Shown piece by piece: positions 37,962 through 47,996 of a DNA stretch of 64,000 nucleotides. Location of the stretch: positions 124,001 through 188,000 of IMG/VR virus record IMGVR_UViG_3300036715_004471. One strand, 5' to 3'. Each line of letters opens with the position of its first letter. The first letter of the stretch is position 1. The notes beneath the pieces were generated by a model that was given only the letters and a program-made list of their open reading frames with translations, had not been told where the DNA came from and searched no databases. Both the position numbers and the translations under genes were made by a program.

Positions 37962-38153
37962 TCAACTATAATTGTCGCGCGCCCAACCAGAGCCGTTTAA
38001 GATAAATCCAGTACCTGTACAGATTAATCTAGTTACTGTATGAGGCTCCTCCCCTTCTTCTTCACATTTAGGGCAAGTTTCTAGTTTATCTTTGATGGAG
38101 TGTTCATACTCGAATTCTCCATGTTTTTCACATTTGTACAAATACGTGGGCAT
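37962..38153 (-). CDS. FmdB-family zinc-ribbon protein
   Basis: MPTYLYKC...CPKC...GFILNGSGW. Confidence 0.85.
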   Translation of the reverse strand: MPTYLYKCEKHGEFEYEHSIKDKLETCPKCEEEGEEPHTVTRLICTGTGFILNGSGWARDNYS

Positions 38154-38181
38154 CGTCTACAGTCTCCCGGTTTCACAGCAT

Positions 38182-38209
38182 AATGTAAATTGTTTTTTTA
38201 TGCTGTCAA
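38182..38209 (-). promoter_or_regulatory. Sigma70-like promoter TTGACA-N16-TACATT
   Basis: Intergenic, upstream of the FmdB/sigma-factor operon. Confidence 0.6.
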
Positions 38210-38249
38210 TTCAGAACAATCTTTTTTTATTCTTCAATGATTTTTAATA

Positions 38250-38561
38250 TTAGCCGCGCTTTCTATCATCCATTCGCGATTGCATAGATTGATATCTATC
38301 TTCTCCCAAAAGATTAGCATACACCTTTTCGCTTTTAGCTGCATCCTTTTGCAGAGCTTTAGCGTCACCTTTTAACTTGGCTACTAATTCATTGACACCA
38401 AGTTCTACTATTCCTCTACCGCCACCGCCGCTAACTAATCTCTTAGCAGTTTCTTTTTGGCATTTCGGACATACTTTGGGAGGATCTTTTTTAATTGAAT
38501 ATTCATCTTCCCATTCGTGACCGCATTCTATTGATTGACATTTGTGTTCGTAAGTAGGCAT
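38250..38561 (-). CDS. FmdB-family zinc-ribbon protein (second copy)
   Basis: MPTYEHKC...CGHEWE...CPKC. Confidence 0.8.
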   Translation of the reverse strand: MPTYEHKCQSIECGHEWEDEYSIKKDPPKVCPKCQKETAKRLVSGGGGRGIVELGVNELVAKLKGDAKALQKDAAKSEKVYANLLGEDRYQSMQSRMDDRKRG

Positions 38562-38562
38562 A

Positions 38563-38817
38563 TTATTCTCCAACATCCTTATTGTTTATGAAATCGAAAT
38601 CGTGTATATTCTCTCCAGATAACTCTGTTTTAACATCTTTTGTATTTTTCACTTTCAAACCAAGTGTTTGTAAAACGAAATAACATGCGGCAGCTCCACT
38701 CAGCTCAGAATAACCTGGATCACTAGAACCACCATACAGGAGATCACTTATGGTATCATTCATCTTTTTCTGAATTTGCTTCAAATTCTTTGCATCTATC
38801 TCCATATTATTCCTCAT
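38563..38817 (-). CDS. Hypothetical protein
   Basis: ORF in an operon. Confidence 0.6.
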   Translation of the reverse strand: MRNNMEIDAKNLKQIQKKMNDTISDLLYGGSSDPGYSELSGAAACYFVLQTLGLKVKNTKDVKTELSGENIHDFDFINNKDVGE

Positions 38818-38989
38818 TTATGACCAAATGTTTATCTACAATCTTATATTCAATATCTTTAGTCCAATTCTTCTTTATATCTTGTTTTAGCTTTTCGTTT
38901 GTTACTTCAAACACAATAAATAACTTGCCTGTTTTTTCTTCGTATTCTATGCGGATTGCTTCTGCTATTGTTTCTTGATCAGGCTTCAT
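38807..38989 (-). CDS. Hypothetical protein
   Basis: GGAGG RBS; 60 aa. Confidence 0.65.
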   Translation of the reverse strand: MKPDQETIAEAIRIEYEEKTGKLFIVFEVTNEKLKQDIKKNWTKDIEYKIVDKHLVINEE

Positions 38990-39001
38990 GTGCCTCCATT
39001 T

Positions 39002-40411
39002 TTACAAATCCAATAAATCCAATTTCTCAGAAATATCATCTGGATCTCTATCGTAAAACTCTGTATCATCTTCATCAATTTTATCATCTAGCAAGGTGCC
39101 ACAAGCTAAATTCTTGATAAGTTTACCTTTACCCAATTCGCCATCTCTGTTCTTAATCAAATGGTAATACATATCTGGGTATTGTTTTTCATTTGGACGG
39201 GTTTCAATTTGAATAGCAATATTGGCATTTTGCATAATCAAAGCAGAACGACCAATTCTATGTAAACCAATTTTATCTTCTATCTCTTTACCACCTTTGG
39301 CTCTATTCAACTGAACGGCACTTAATACAATAAGGTTATGAACTCTGGCGAATTCGTGAATCTTTTCAGCAATTTTTCCTAATTTCAACCAGTCATCCAA
39401 ATCAGCACTTTCATAATCCATTAAACCCAGATAATCAATAACTACAATCTTAGGATCATAATGAACTTTTGCTTCCTCATATATTAATTCCAAACTTTCC
39501 ATAGTAGCCCCTCTGGGAATATCTACTATTTCAAATTGATGAGGATACTTAGTAATAAACTTAAGTGATCTCTTAAGCTTACTAGCCTCTTCCGGGTTCA
39601 GCTTGGCATTTCTAATCAATTTTGAGGGAGCACTTGACATTCTGGCTAGTACGCGATTCAAACATGGTTTAAAAGGCATTTCCAGCGAAAAATACAATAC
39701 ACTATTTCCTCCAGTGAAATTAGCCTCATCTGTATAAATAGTATTATCTTGCATCCACAGTTGGACTGCCATATTCATAAGCAACATGGACTTACCACCA
39801 CCTGATTCACCACCAATTAAAACTAACTCTCCAGATCTTAATCCATCTGTTGCATGATCGAAATAAGAATAACCTGTTTTAATACCACGATCGAAATGAG
39901 GATCATCCATCTTGGCATTATACTCTTCTCTAAAGATAGGTACGGCTTCTTTTAGAGTTTTTCTTTCATAAGCCCTAGTTTGACTAAGGCTTTTGATAGA
40001 TTGTACTGTTTTTTGTAATTCCCCAAGCGTACGACTAATATCCATCGAACCAGGTTCAATAGATGCTAATTTTTCTTTGACAGCTATAATTTGCTTCTCG
40101 GCAAAACGCTTTTTGATTTTCTCTAGATCATGCTTGTATTCCTTGTCATTATATTCGACAGTATCTAAAGAGGTCCAAACTTTTTTGACGCTTTCAATTA
40201 GCTTGTCATTGGATCCTTTTTCAAGCTTTTCTACAATTACTCTTAATGTAGGCAAATCTTTGTAGGTTTTAACGTAACCCACAACAAGATTGGCAAAGTT
40301 CCACACATCTGGAGAGAACAGTTTAGGATCACACTCATTGGCAAAGTCTAAAGCATGTTTTTTGTTAGTGATAAGAGTTTTTAAGATAACTAAATCTAAA
40401 TTGTAATTCAT
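39002..40411 (-). CDS. dnaB: Replicative DNA helicase (DnaB-like)
   Basis: GESGGGKS, FSLEM, VIDYLGL, AVQLNR and KNRDG motifs. Confidence 0.92.
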   Translation of the reverse strand: MNYNLDLVILKTLITNKKHALDFANECDPKLFSPDVWNFANLVVGYVKTYKDLPTLRVIVEKLEKGSNDKLIESVKKVWTSLDTVEYNDKEYKHDLEKIKKRFAEKQIIAVKEKLASIEPGSMDISRTLGELQKTVQSIKSLSQTRAYERKTLKEAVPIFREEYNAKMDDPHFDRGIKTGYSYFDHATDGLRSGELVLIGGESGGGKSMLLMNMAVQLWMQDNTIYTDEANFTGGNSVLYFSLEMPFKPCLNRVLARMSSAPSKLIRNAKLNPEEASKLKRSLKFITKYPHQFEIVDIPRGATMESLELIYEEAKVHYDPKIVVIDYLGLMDYESADLDDWLKLGKIAEKIHEFARVHNLIVLSAVQLNRAKGGKEIEDKIGLHRIGRSALIMQNANIAIQIETRPNEKQYPDMYYHLIKNRDGELGKGKLIKNLACGTLLDDKIDEDDTEFYDRDPDDISEKLDLLDL

Positions 40412-41112
40412 GCTCTCTTCTTTCTAAAATCTTCGCCCAAGACTGGAAACATTTTTGTATAACCCTTCATCAAACTATCTATACTTTGCTTTAATGGTCC
40501 ATTAAAAGATTCAACAATATTAGGACTATTTGTGCACATTAGTGTAGGCAGCTTATTTTGACTGCGTGTTCTAAATACGCCCTCTAAACTTCTGGCGTAT
40601 AAGTCCGACGCATTTTCTGATGGCATAAATCTAGAATCAAATTCATCAATCACCAAGAAATCTACTAATGCTAATTCTCTTCTAGAAAGATATTTGTCTT
40701 CTCCTGAAGATTGTGTTAATACATTTACAATATCACTAAGTGTAGTATACAAACAAGTATAGTTTTTACTACAAGCCCTTTTTAAGATACAACAAACCGT
40801 CATGGTTTTTCCTAATCCATGACCGCCAGCGAAACAAATGGAACTTCCATTAATGTACGAGCTTTTCAAATCACTAATGTATTCATTATACTTTGTTAAC
40901 AATCCGGGATAGCCATGGAAATCTCTTTCCATTTTCAATCCCCAATATTCTATTGGGATGTTGCTCTCTGCATATCTATTAACAGCAATTAACTTTACAT
41001 TCTTAGAAGATAAATCCAATTCTGAATTATTAATTTCATTCAGTTTTTCTTGTAATTTCTTTTGTGGAACATTATTGAGGGCGCGGCTTCTAGAAAAATC
41101 TAAATTATCCAT
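40408..41112 (-). CDS. DnaC/IstB-like AAA+ helicase loader
   Basis: GGHGLGKT, LVIDE and CTN motifs; adjacent to DnaB. Confidence 0.85.
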   Translation of the reverse strand: MDNLDFSRSRALNNVPQKKLQEKLNEINNSELDLSSKNVKLIAVNRYAESNIPIEYWGLKMERDFHGYPGLLTKYNEYISDLKSSYINGSSICFAGGHGLGKTMTVCCILKRACSKNYTCLYTTLSDIVNVLTQSSGEDKYLSRRELALVDFLVIDEFDSRFMPSENASDLYARSLEGVFRTRSQNKLPTLMCTNSPNIVESFNGPLKQSIDSLMKGYTKMFPVLGEDFRKKRA

Positions 41113-41665
41113 TTATAACTCCATGTCTAATTCTATGAATACCATCTAAAAAATTCTGTTTAGCAGATAATGGTCTAAGATTTTCTAAAGCCCAACATTT
41201 ACGAAAATTATCTTCTTCCATTGACTTATAGGACAAATCAGATTGAGGAATAATATGATCTACATTCCAAGTCCAAGTTGAACGGTTATTATCATTCCAT
41301 ATTTTAGGATCATAGACCCCATGATTTTCCCAATTCATCCAAGATTCGAATTGAAATTCTAAATGATTTCTCAATTCATCAAATGAATAAGGTAAGTATT
41401 TGGTAACAGAAAGGTTATGTTTTTTGATAGCATATCCAATCGCCCTTGTCACTAAACTTCGCAATTTGTATGTTGGATTATTTTCGTATTGTTCTTTTTT
41501 ATATTCTCGATGAGATTCAAGTATGGCTTTTTTATTCTCTAGATAGTATTTCTTTCTCTTTTTTGATATCTCAATTTTTTTGTTTTGATAATTATTTCTG
41601 TTGTAATCAGAAACATATTTTTTCTCTTTACTTGGCGGTTTTCTTAAAGAATCCTGGTGTTCCAT
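41105..41665 (-). mobile_element. HNH-like homing endonuclease (paralog of 29364..30038)
   Basis: WNVDHIIPQS...CWALENLRPL...N. Confidence 0.8.
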
Positions 41666-42029
41666 AGGTCACTTTCTTTACATCGTCATTAACATGATGC
41701 TCTTTGAGCTTCTCTGCAATGATTTTCTTTTCTTGCTCATTCAAAAGTGTTTTCAATTCCGCCATGTTTTTGAGTCTAAGTTGATCATTACTTGGCTTGG
41801 CATATTCTTCCTCAAATTGAGAAGATAAATCACTTTTTAATTTTTCAGGCTCTTTCAGTATGATTTTGATCACAACTATATCCTGCGATGAATGTTGGAT
41901 AATAGAAACAGATGAGTTATCTAAAGATCGTAATACTGATTTGGCATCTGACCAAGATTCCACAATACCATCGATTATCAAATTGTTGCGTAACAAGCAT
42001 CTAATATGTTGTCCTATTTGTGGAATCAT
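41628..42029 (-). CDS. Hypothetical protein
   Basis: 133-aa ORF. Confidence 0.65.
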   Translation of the reverse strand: MIPQIGQHIRCLLRNNLIIDGIVESWSDAKSVLRSLDNSSVSIIQHSSQDIVVIKIILKEPEKLKSDLSSQFEEEYAKPSNDQLRLKNMAELKTLLNEQEKKIIAEKLKEHHVNDDVKKVTYGTPGFFKKTAK

Positions 42030-42277
42030 AAAAATGCCCTTATGTTTACTATTCTTTCCATTTTTTCAATCAATTCCTCAAGAGTGTCTTCGGTGTATAG
42101 AAAACAACAAATAGCATCATCTGATATTCTAGAATCACTAATATGAAAACAGATAATTTTATCAATATTTTGATCTAAATCATCGGGGAAATTCAAAAAG
42201 GATATTAAGAATTTCATACTATTTTTTATGTAGCTTGTAACATCTTCTTCTATTGTTTCTATTTTAGCAATCGTCAT
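42026..42277 (-). CDS. Hypothetical protein with C-terminal tag (RIVNIRAFL)
   Basis: Shared C-terminal motif. Confidence 0.65.
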   Translation of the reverse strand: MTIAKIETIEEDVTSYIKNSMKFLISFLNFPDDLDQNIDKIICFHISDSRISDDAICCFLYTEDTLEELIEKMERIVNIRAFL

Positions 42278-42411
42278 GCCCACTTAATATTCAATGAAGG
42301 TAATATGTGATGAGGAGACATCCCATTGAATCTTTTTGCATATTTGCCATATGATTCTAGTATCATACAATAACACTCATAATTTCTTTATTGGAGAATA
42401 TTTTAATGAAA

Positions 42412-42798
42412 TCATAAAAATGCTTTCAACTTATTAATTTTTAATACCTTCTTAAGATCATCAACACTAGAACTAGAAATAGCAATAATGTTGTAATAAC
42501 AAAAATTAGGGTGAAATTTATTTAATTTAGAATACATAACTACATAATTTTTGTTAGATAATTGTTTTTCAAGTTGATTTTTCATTAATTCTAACTGATT
42601 ATCATGCGGATTACCATGCTGATGATTTAGTAATATGATTTTATCTTTTTCTGGTTGGTATTTTTGGAATAACATGGTTCCTCCGCCAATATATGGAATT
42701 GATAAAATTTTACATCCCTCTTTAATTAAAGACAAAGAAACATTATAATCAGTATCTAAAAAATGTTTGACATCTTGCGCATCAACATAGGTAATCAT
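42412..42798 (-). CDS. Hypothetical protein with C-terminal tag (KINKLKAFL)
   Basis: Shared C-terminal motif. Confidence 0.7.
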   Translation of the reverse strand: MITYVDAQDVKHFLDTDYNVSLSLIKEGCKILSIPYIGGGTMLFQKYQPEKDKIILLNHQHGNPHDNQLELMKNQLEKQLSNKNYVVMYSKLNKFHPNFCYYNIIAISSSSVDDLKKVLKINKLKAFL

Positions 42799-43403
42799 TA
42801 TACAATTCTACCCAAAACTTCTTTATCAAATCCCATTTTTTCTATGGAAGAAAAAGCTGCTTTAAGTTCATTGGACATATCGTTCATCTGAGAGACAAAA
42901 GCCAAATCACCATAAGTGTTAATTGAAACGCCGGCTCCTGAAAAAACGGTCTTATACTTGTCAGGAAGGGGCGTTGATCTATCAACATTGAGATTTCTCT
43001 TGCCTGCAAGGAGTACATTGAATTTATATTCATTTACAATTCCTTCGTTAGTCATAAAAGAAATAGAAGTCAATCTTCTTTTAGCTTTTACAACTTTGTT
43101 TTCATACACCCAATCTATATATTCTTTCAATAAAGTTGGATTAGAAGTCAAATGCATTGCCAGTTTCTTTATTTGAAAGACCTCAAAACATTTCATTGGC
43201 GATGGACTATTAAACTTGAATTGATACTTTTTGTCATAAGCTTCTTGATACTTTTTACAGAAGTATCCTAATACATGAACTGGTTTCCAACTCTCGGCGC
43301 TCAATGTATCTACTTCGGAAAACTTATCGAAGAACTTTTTATATTGTTCATTGGGCACATCGGTTAATTCACCGCCCGTCAAATCGTCTTTTTTATTAAC
43401 CAT
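42798..43403 (-). CDS. Hypothetical protein in the replication module
   Basis: 201-aa ORF between the SF2 helicase and DnaC/DnaB. Confidence 0.65.
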   Translation of the reverse strand: MVNKKDDLTGGELTDVPNEQYKKFFDKFSEVDTLSAESWKPVHVLGYFCKKYQEAYDKKYQFKFNSPSPMKCFEVFQIKKLAMHLTSNPTLLKEYIDWVYENKVVKAKRRLTSISFMTNEGIVNEYKFNVLLAGKRNLNVDRSTPLPDKYKTVFSGAGVSINTYGDLAFVSQMNDMSNELKAAFSSIEKMGFDKEVLGRIV

Positions 43404-43416
43404 ACTTCACCAATCA

Positions 43417-44934
43417 TTATTCGTTAGATAATTTACCTTTTCTCCATTTAACAGAGCTAGGTAGTTGAACATCAAATCCATCTTCTGATGAATAGATTTT
43501 GTATCTAATCTTAGAGTGCTCTTGTAAGAAATGAGCCTGATCAACAAAATCTATAATTATAGAAAACTTCTTACCTGGATACTTTCTAATAACTCTACCC
43601 ACTCTTTGTAAAGCTTTGACTGTAGATTTACCGCCACAAGCTATAACTAAACCTGATAAGCTGGGTATGTCAACACCAATATCAAATATCTTAGATGCTA
43701 AAACACAATCTATTTTGTGTTCCATCAAATCTTTTTTAACTTTATCTCTTTCTTCTTGATCATTATTGCCATCAAGAAGCGCGCACTTCATATGCTCTTG
43801 AAATAGTTCATGTAAAATTTTACCATGTTTCAAACTATTGAAAAGAACTAATGTTTGATATCCCTTTTCAACCATAGTCTTGGCAGCATCTAAAACCAAA
43901 CCATTTCTAACTTCATTTTCAACAACATATTTCTTATAAACAGATGGATAAACCTTATCTAAAAACAATGGATATGGAGGTACAACTCTAAATCTGATTA
44001 AAGGTTGCGCCAAAAATCCTTGCTTAATCAATTCCGACGCAGAAATATTAACAATGTACTTACCGAGCACTGATTCAATTAATAAATCGGCGCCGTCATC
44101 TCTCCATGGCGAACCACTTAATCCATAAATATGTTCTGCTTTAGATGAGTTCTTGAAGATTTGTTGAATAGTATCGCAAGCAGACATATGACATTCATCA
44201 ATAATGTGAACTCTGGTTTCTTTCATCATCTTATTGATTTCAATATATTTGCTTTTAACAACTTCTTTCTCATCTCCATTTTCATCTAATAAGATATCTT
44301 TTTTGTCTAAACCAATAGCTTGACCAACAGACCAAATACTAGCTATATTGATATCTTTGATTACACACTTGCCATCACCAATGATTCCAATTTCTTCATC
44401 AAATACTTCAGAGAAAAAATCGTAAAATTGATAAAGCAAATCTTTACCAATTACATAAATTATGGATTTCTTGCCCAATTTTGCGGCAATAAGGGCGGCG
44501 ATGAGACTTTTACCTCCACCTGTAGCTACCTTAATAATTCCTCGATCATTGTTGTCAATGACCTTAAGAATTTCCATTTGATAGGGGCGCGGATCCTTCT
44601 CTAATTTTTTCAAATTCTCTAATATATGTTTCTCAACACCAATGGATTTAGCAGGGCGCTTATCAACAATTTCATAAGTCTTGCCCGCTTCGTCATAAAA
44701 TGCTTTGACTCTTTCCAATAGTCCAGATGGAAAAAGCAAAGTGGGAGTCAGCAGTTTTTTCATGCCGTCCCACTTTACGAAATCGCCACCTTTGTTAAAG
44801 AATCCTCTGTAGGCAGCAGTATGCTCTGCTCCCTGGACCTTGAATGATAAATGCTTATCTAGCGCAAGAATGTGATTTACATCAGATTCTTCGGTAATTT
44901 GCGAGTTGTTGCCTTTGATGATTATCTTAGTCAT
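43417..44934 (-). CDS. SF2 DNA helicase (UvsW-like)
   Basis: ATGGGKS, IIDECH, GLSGSP, GVDIP and QRVGRVIR motifs. Confidence 0.9.
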   Translation of the reverse strand: MTKIIIKGNNSQITEESDVNHILALDKHLSFKVQGAEHTAAYRGFFNKGGDFVKWDGMKKLLTPTLLFPSGLLERVKAFYDEAGKTYEIVDKRPAKSIGVEKHILENLKKLEKDPRPYQMEILKVIDNNDRGIIKVATGGGKSLIAALIAAKLGKKSIIYVIGKDLLYQFYDFFSEVFDEEIGIIGDGKCVIKDINIASIWSVGQAIGLDKKDILLDENGDEKEVVKSKYIEINKMMKETRVHIIDECHMSACDTIQQIFKNSSKAEHIYGLSGSPWRDDGADLLIESVLGKYIVNISASELIKQGFLAQPLIRFRVVPPYPLFLDKVYPSVYKKYVVENEVRNGLVLDAAKTMVEKGYQTLVLFNSLKHGKILHELFQEHMKCALLDGNNDQEERDKVKKDLMEHKIDCVLASKIFDIGVDIPSLSGLVIACGGKSTVKALQRVGRVIRKYPGKKFSIIIDFVDQAHFLQEHSKIRYKIYSSEDGFDVQLPSSVKWRKGKLSNE

Positions 44935-45004
44935 ATGGGTACTATAGTCAATATATAACTAGTACCCACCTCTCGACAAAATATCAATTATTATACGGCA
45001 AATA

Positions 45005-46414
45005 TTACTTTCTTCTATCTACTACGCCACCCATAAGCTTACCAAATGCGGAGGATTTAGCAGCGATCTTTTCCTTGATTTTTTGTGCAGCAGATACGGT
45101 ATCATTAGTGCCAGTATCTAAGTGTAAAGTCAAGTTTCTAGATTCATCCTTGGTCTTGACCTTAGATTGTAATTCTTTTGTTTCACTCTTAAGTTGCTCA
45201 ACTCTAACAGAAGGCAAGCCTAATCCAGAGAACATTGAATATACTTTCACAGTATCTTCTGGCGCATCAACAACATACATACCTTTGAATACACCCTTTG
45301 GGTTTCCGCATAAATCATTAATCATACTGCTGGCATAATTGACGCTTGAAGCTGGAATTTTAGACCAAACATTTTTGTTTGCAGCAATAATAAATCCAAC
45401 ATATTTTGATTGTTTAAGATCAAAGCCTTCAGCTAGAAGATTACCTGACAAGTTATTGATAACAGCTTCTGCAATGGCGGTATCCTCTTGATAGTTATCA
45501 ACTGAGAATTCTCCATAGACGCTTAATCCTTCACCATCAATGAAAAGTTTAGACCATTCCATTGGATCTAGTGCTTTAGTTGAAGAGGGCATAGAAGAAA
45601 GAGTATTAAACATATCAATTGGATCTACAATGGCTCTATTGGCTACGCCATAGAAATCCATTTGACCAACATGATGATAGATAGTTTCTATCTTAGCATT
45701 ATCTACAACAATCAAATTGTTTACTTTTTTGGATTGTGCTAGCTTAGATAATTTGGACAAAGTTTCTAAAGCATTACTTTTGGTTTGAGAGTCCTCCGTA
45801 TCCATTGGTAGTACAGTAATGACAATTAGTGGTTTGCCCAAATCTGACAATAAATCCACTAATGTTTCGCATGAGCCGGCGCCAGAACCACCGCCAAGAC
45901 TCAGGCACAAAAGATTTACTTGAGAATTACTTAGTTTATCATTCACTAATTCTAGTATTTCTGCACGATGTGCTTCGGCAGCAGCTTTTCCAATTTCAAT
46001 TTCTTTAGCCGCCCCACCCAAACCATATTCTAGCAACAATTTGTTGGAATCTGGAACATCAATAAACTTAAGATCTTGCATAGCAGTATTGACCACTATA
46101 GAGTCATATCCTAATTTATAGAATGCTTCTGCAATTCTGGAACCAGCTTGACCTGAGCCTAATACTCCTAATGCTAGGCTTCTTTCTTTTTTAGCTACTA
46201 TTTTTGATGCCACTTTTGCCTCTTGTTGTTTTGCTTGGTTTTTAGCTTTTAAGACAGCTAGTTTATCTGTACTAACCTGCGCTGTTTCTAAATTTTCTGC
46301 TTCTTTTACTTGGGCTATTTCTGATCTTAATTTCTGAATTTCAGCTTCTTTATCAGTCATATCGTCAACTATCTCCTCTGGCTTATCATAATTCATGAAA
46401 TGTCTTATTGACAT
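45005..46414 (-). CDS. Tubulin/FtsZ-family GTPase with N-terminal coiled-coil extension
   Basis: GSGQAGSRI, VNTAMQD, GGAAK, SLGGGSGAG tubulin signature, VVDN. Confidence 0.9.
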   Translation of the reverse strand: MSIRHFMNYDKPEEIVDDMTDKEAEIQKLRSEIAQVKEAENLETAQVSTDKLAVLKAKNQAKQQEAKVASKIVAKKERSLALGVLGSGQAGSRIAEAFYKLGYDSIVVNTAMQDLKFIDVPDSNKLLLEYGLGGAAKEIEIGKAAAEAHRAEILELVNDKLSNSQVNLLCLSLGGGSGAGSCETLVDLLSDLGKPLIVITVLPMDTEDSQTKSNALETLSKLSKLAQSKKVNNLIVVDNAKIETIYHHVGQMDFYGVANRAIVDPIDMFNTLSSMPSSTKALDPMEWSKLFIDGEGLSVYGEFSVDNYQEDTAIAEAVINNLSGNLLAEGFDLKQSKYVGFIIAANKNVWSKIPASSVNYASSMINDLCGNPKGVFKGMYVVDAPEDTVKVYSMFSGLGLPSVRVEQLKSETKELQSKVKTKDESRNLTLHLDTGTNDTVSAAQKIKEKIAAKSSAFGKLMGGVVDRRK

Positions 46415-46459
46415 AATACCTTCTCCTTTATATAACGGTCTCGTTGAATATTTGGTTTA

Positions 46460-46768
46460 TTAAACAGTAGCATTAATCAATAAATAATGGCTTTTACCTG
46501 TTGAATCTTCTATTGATATTTTGTATCCGTTTTTCACAAAATTATGCATTGTTTTATGAAATAGAATAATAGCTAATATCGCTCCTGTTACTATCTGATG
46601 ATTAATTTTTGCAAGGTCCTTAATGTAAATCATAAAATCTTGTGGTAAAGAGAGATTTAATCTCACTTTACAGGCAGACATTAATGCCGTCGCCAACGGT
46701 ATACACAATTCTTCTTTTTCAGATTGTGTATCAAGTGCATGTTCTATATTTATTCGTGTGTTCTCCAT
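46460..46768 (-). CDS. Hypothetical protein
   Basis: Likely start MENTR after AGGAG. Confidence 0.55.
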   Translation of the reverse strand: MENTRINIEHALDTQSEKEELCIPLATALMSACKVRLNLSLPQDFMIYIKDLAKINHQIVTGAILAIILFHKTMHNFVKNGYKISIEDSTGKSHYLLINATV

Positions 46769-46913
46769 CTGTTCTCCTAACATATTTAGTGTGCAAAAAA
46801 TGCACAATGCATAAATAATGATAGATTTTATCAAAAAAATGCTCAGTATACTACATATCCTTATATTATCATAGAAGCGAAAGATAAATAATTCCAACAA
46901 AGGATATAATCAA

Positions 46914-47684
46914 ATGATTGAAATAATTCCAGCCGGCGCAAGCGCCGTAGTTTCCGAAAGACACGATCACGATCATGGAAGCAGACACCCAGATAACTGG
47001 GACCTCAGTACTGAAATGCAAAGAGATCTCAATCAAATGAGAAGTCGTGCAGAATCAGAATTCATTGAAGTAACTAATCAAGCAGAGCGTAACAGTGCTG
47101 CTGTTGCTCTAGCATCAGCTCATACAGATGAAGAAAACAAAGAAGATTTTGGTGCTGCTTCTCGTCAAGTAGCCGAAATAGAAGGTAGAGGTCTATTAGA
47201 GGCTGCTAAAAATGCTGCTGCAATAGGTGTTCAAGCTGAAAAGCTTGCCGCAGCCGGTGTAGCTCAAGTTGAAAGAGCTTATAATGGTGTACAAATTCAA
47301 GCAAATTCCAATACAAGTCAACTTGGTATTCAAGCTACATCTAACTTCAATTTAGCATCTGTTCAAGCTACCGGCAATTTTAATGCATTGACTGTTCAAA
47401 GTAACTTAATGCAATATACAATTTTTTTGGATTCCCAAAAAAATGCTGCTGCTGCATATCTACAAGCTGCTCAATTAGCCGCTCAAGCTTCTAAAGAAGC
47501 AGCAGAATGTTGCTGTGAGCTTAAAGAGAGAATTCACGCAGAAGGTGAAAGAACTCGTGATCTTATTAATGCTCAAGAAGTTGCTGATCTTAGAGAAAAA
47601 TTAGCTGATGCAAAAGCTCGTGGTCATCGCCGTACCTTTGCTCCAGTTCCTGCTGGAACATTAACTGCTACAGATGATTGTTAA
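46914..47684 (+). CDS. Ala/Gln-rich coiled-coil protein with CCC motif
   Basis: AAECCCELKERIHAEGERTRDLINAQEVADLREKL; stands alone on the opposite strand to its neighbours. Confidence 0.75.
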   Translation: MIEIIPAGASAVVSERHDHDHGSRHPDNWDLSTEMQRDLNQMRSRAESEFIEVTNQAERNSAAVALASAHTDEENKEDFGAASRQVAEIEGRGLLEAAKNAAAIGVQAEKLAAAGVAQVERAYNGVQIQANSNTSQLGIQATSNFNLASVQATGNFNALTVQSNLMQYTIFLDSQKNAAAAYLQAAQLAAQASKEAAECCCELKERIHAEGERTRDLINAQEVADLREKLADAKARGHRRTFAPVPAGTLTATDDC

Positions 47685-47722
47685 TTCATTATCTAAGTAA
47701 GTTGTAGTTACAAAATTAAAAA

Positions 47723-47753
47723 AGTTGAACTGATTCGTTAGTTCAACTCTTTT
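47723..47753. terminator. Bidirectional intrinsic terminator
   Basis: agttgaactga-ttcg-ttagttcaact, flanked by A and T runs, between convergent genes. Confidence 0.7.
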
Positions 47754-47989
47754 AATTTGTCTGTTCTCAGAAATTTTTCTATCTCCACCATTAAAACTTG
47801 AGGCTCTCTTTGCAAATCTTCTTCATCCAAAAGGAAATTCTTAAACTCATGACCTGTATTTATCGTTAACACTAACTGGTCTTTTTCTATAGTTAATGCA
47901 TGCTTCCCTTTGCCAAATAGACCACTTTGATCTATTTTGATAGCGTCACTTGCTATTTGTAATAATTCTACAGCAGATTTTAATGACAT
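47738..47989 (-). CDS. Hypothetical protein
   Basis: 83-aa ORF. Confidence 0.6.
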   Translation of the reverse strand: MSLKSAVELLQIASDAIKIDQSGLFGKGKHALTIEKDQLVLTINTGHEFKNFLLDEEDLQREPQVLMVEIEKFLRTDKLKELN

Positions 47990-47996
47990 ATCTTTC

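Noticed and set aside
42284-42411. Possible small or broken gene between two tagged genes
   Set aside because: Only 12-30-codon frames without a motif; no support.
34555-44934. Inteins or introns in NrdJ, DnaB or the SF2 helicase
   Set aside because: Lengths are normal, the ORFs are continuous, and I saw no intein splice motifs.
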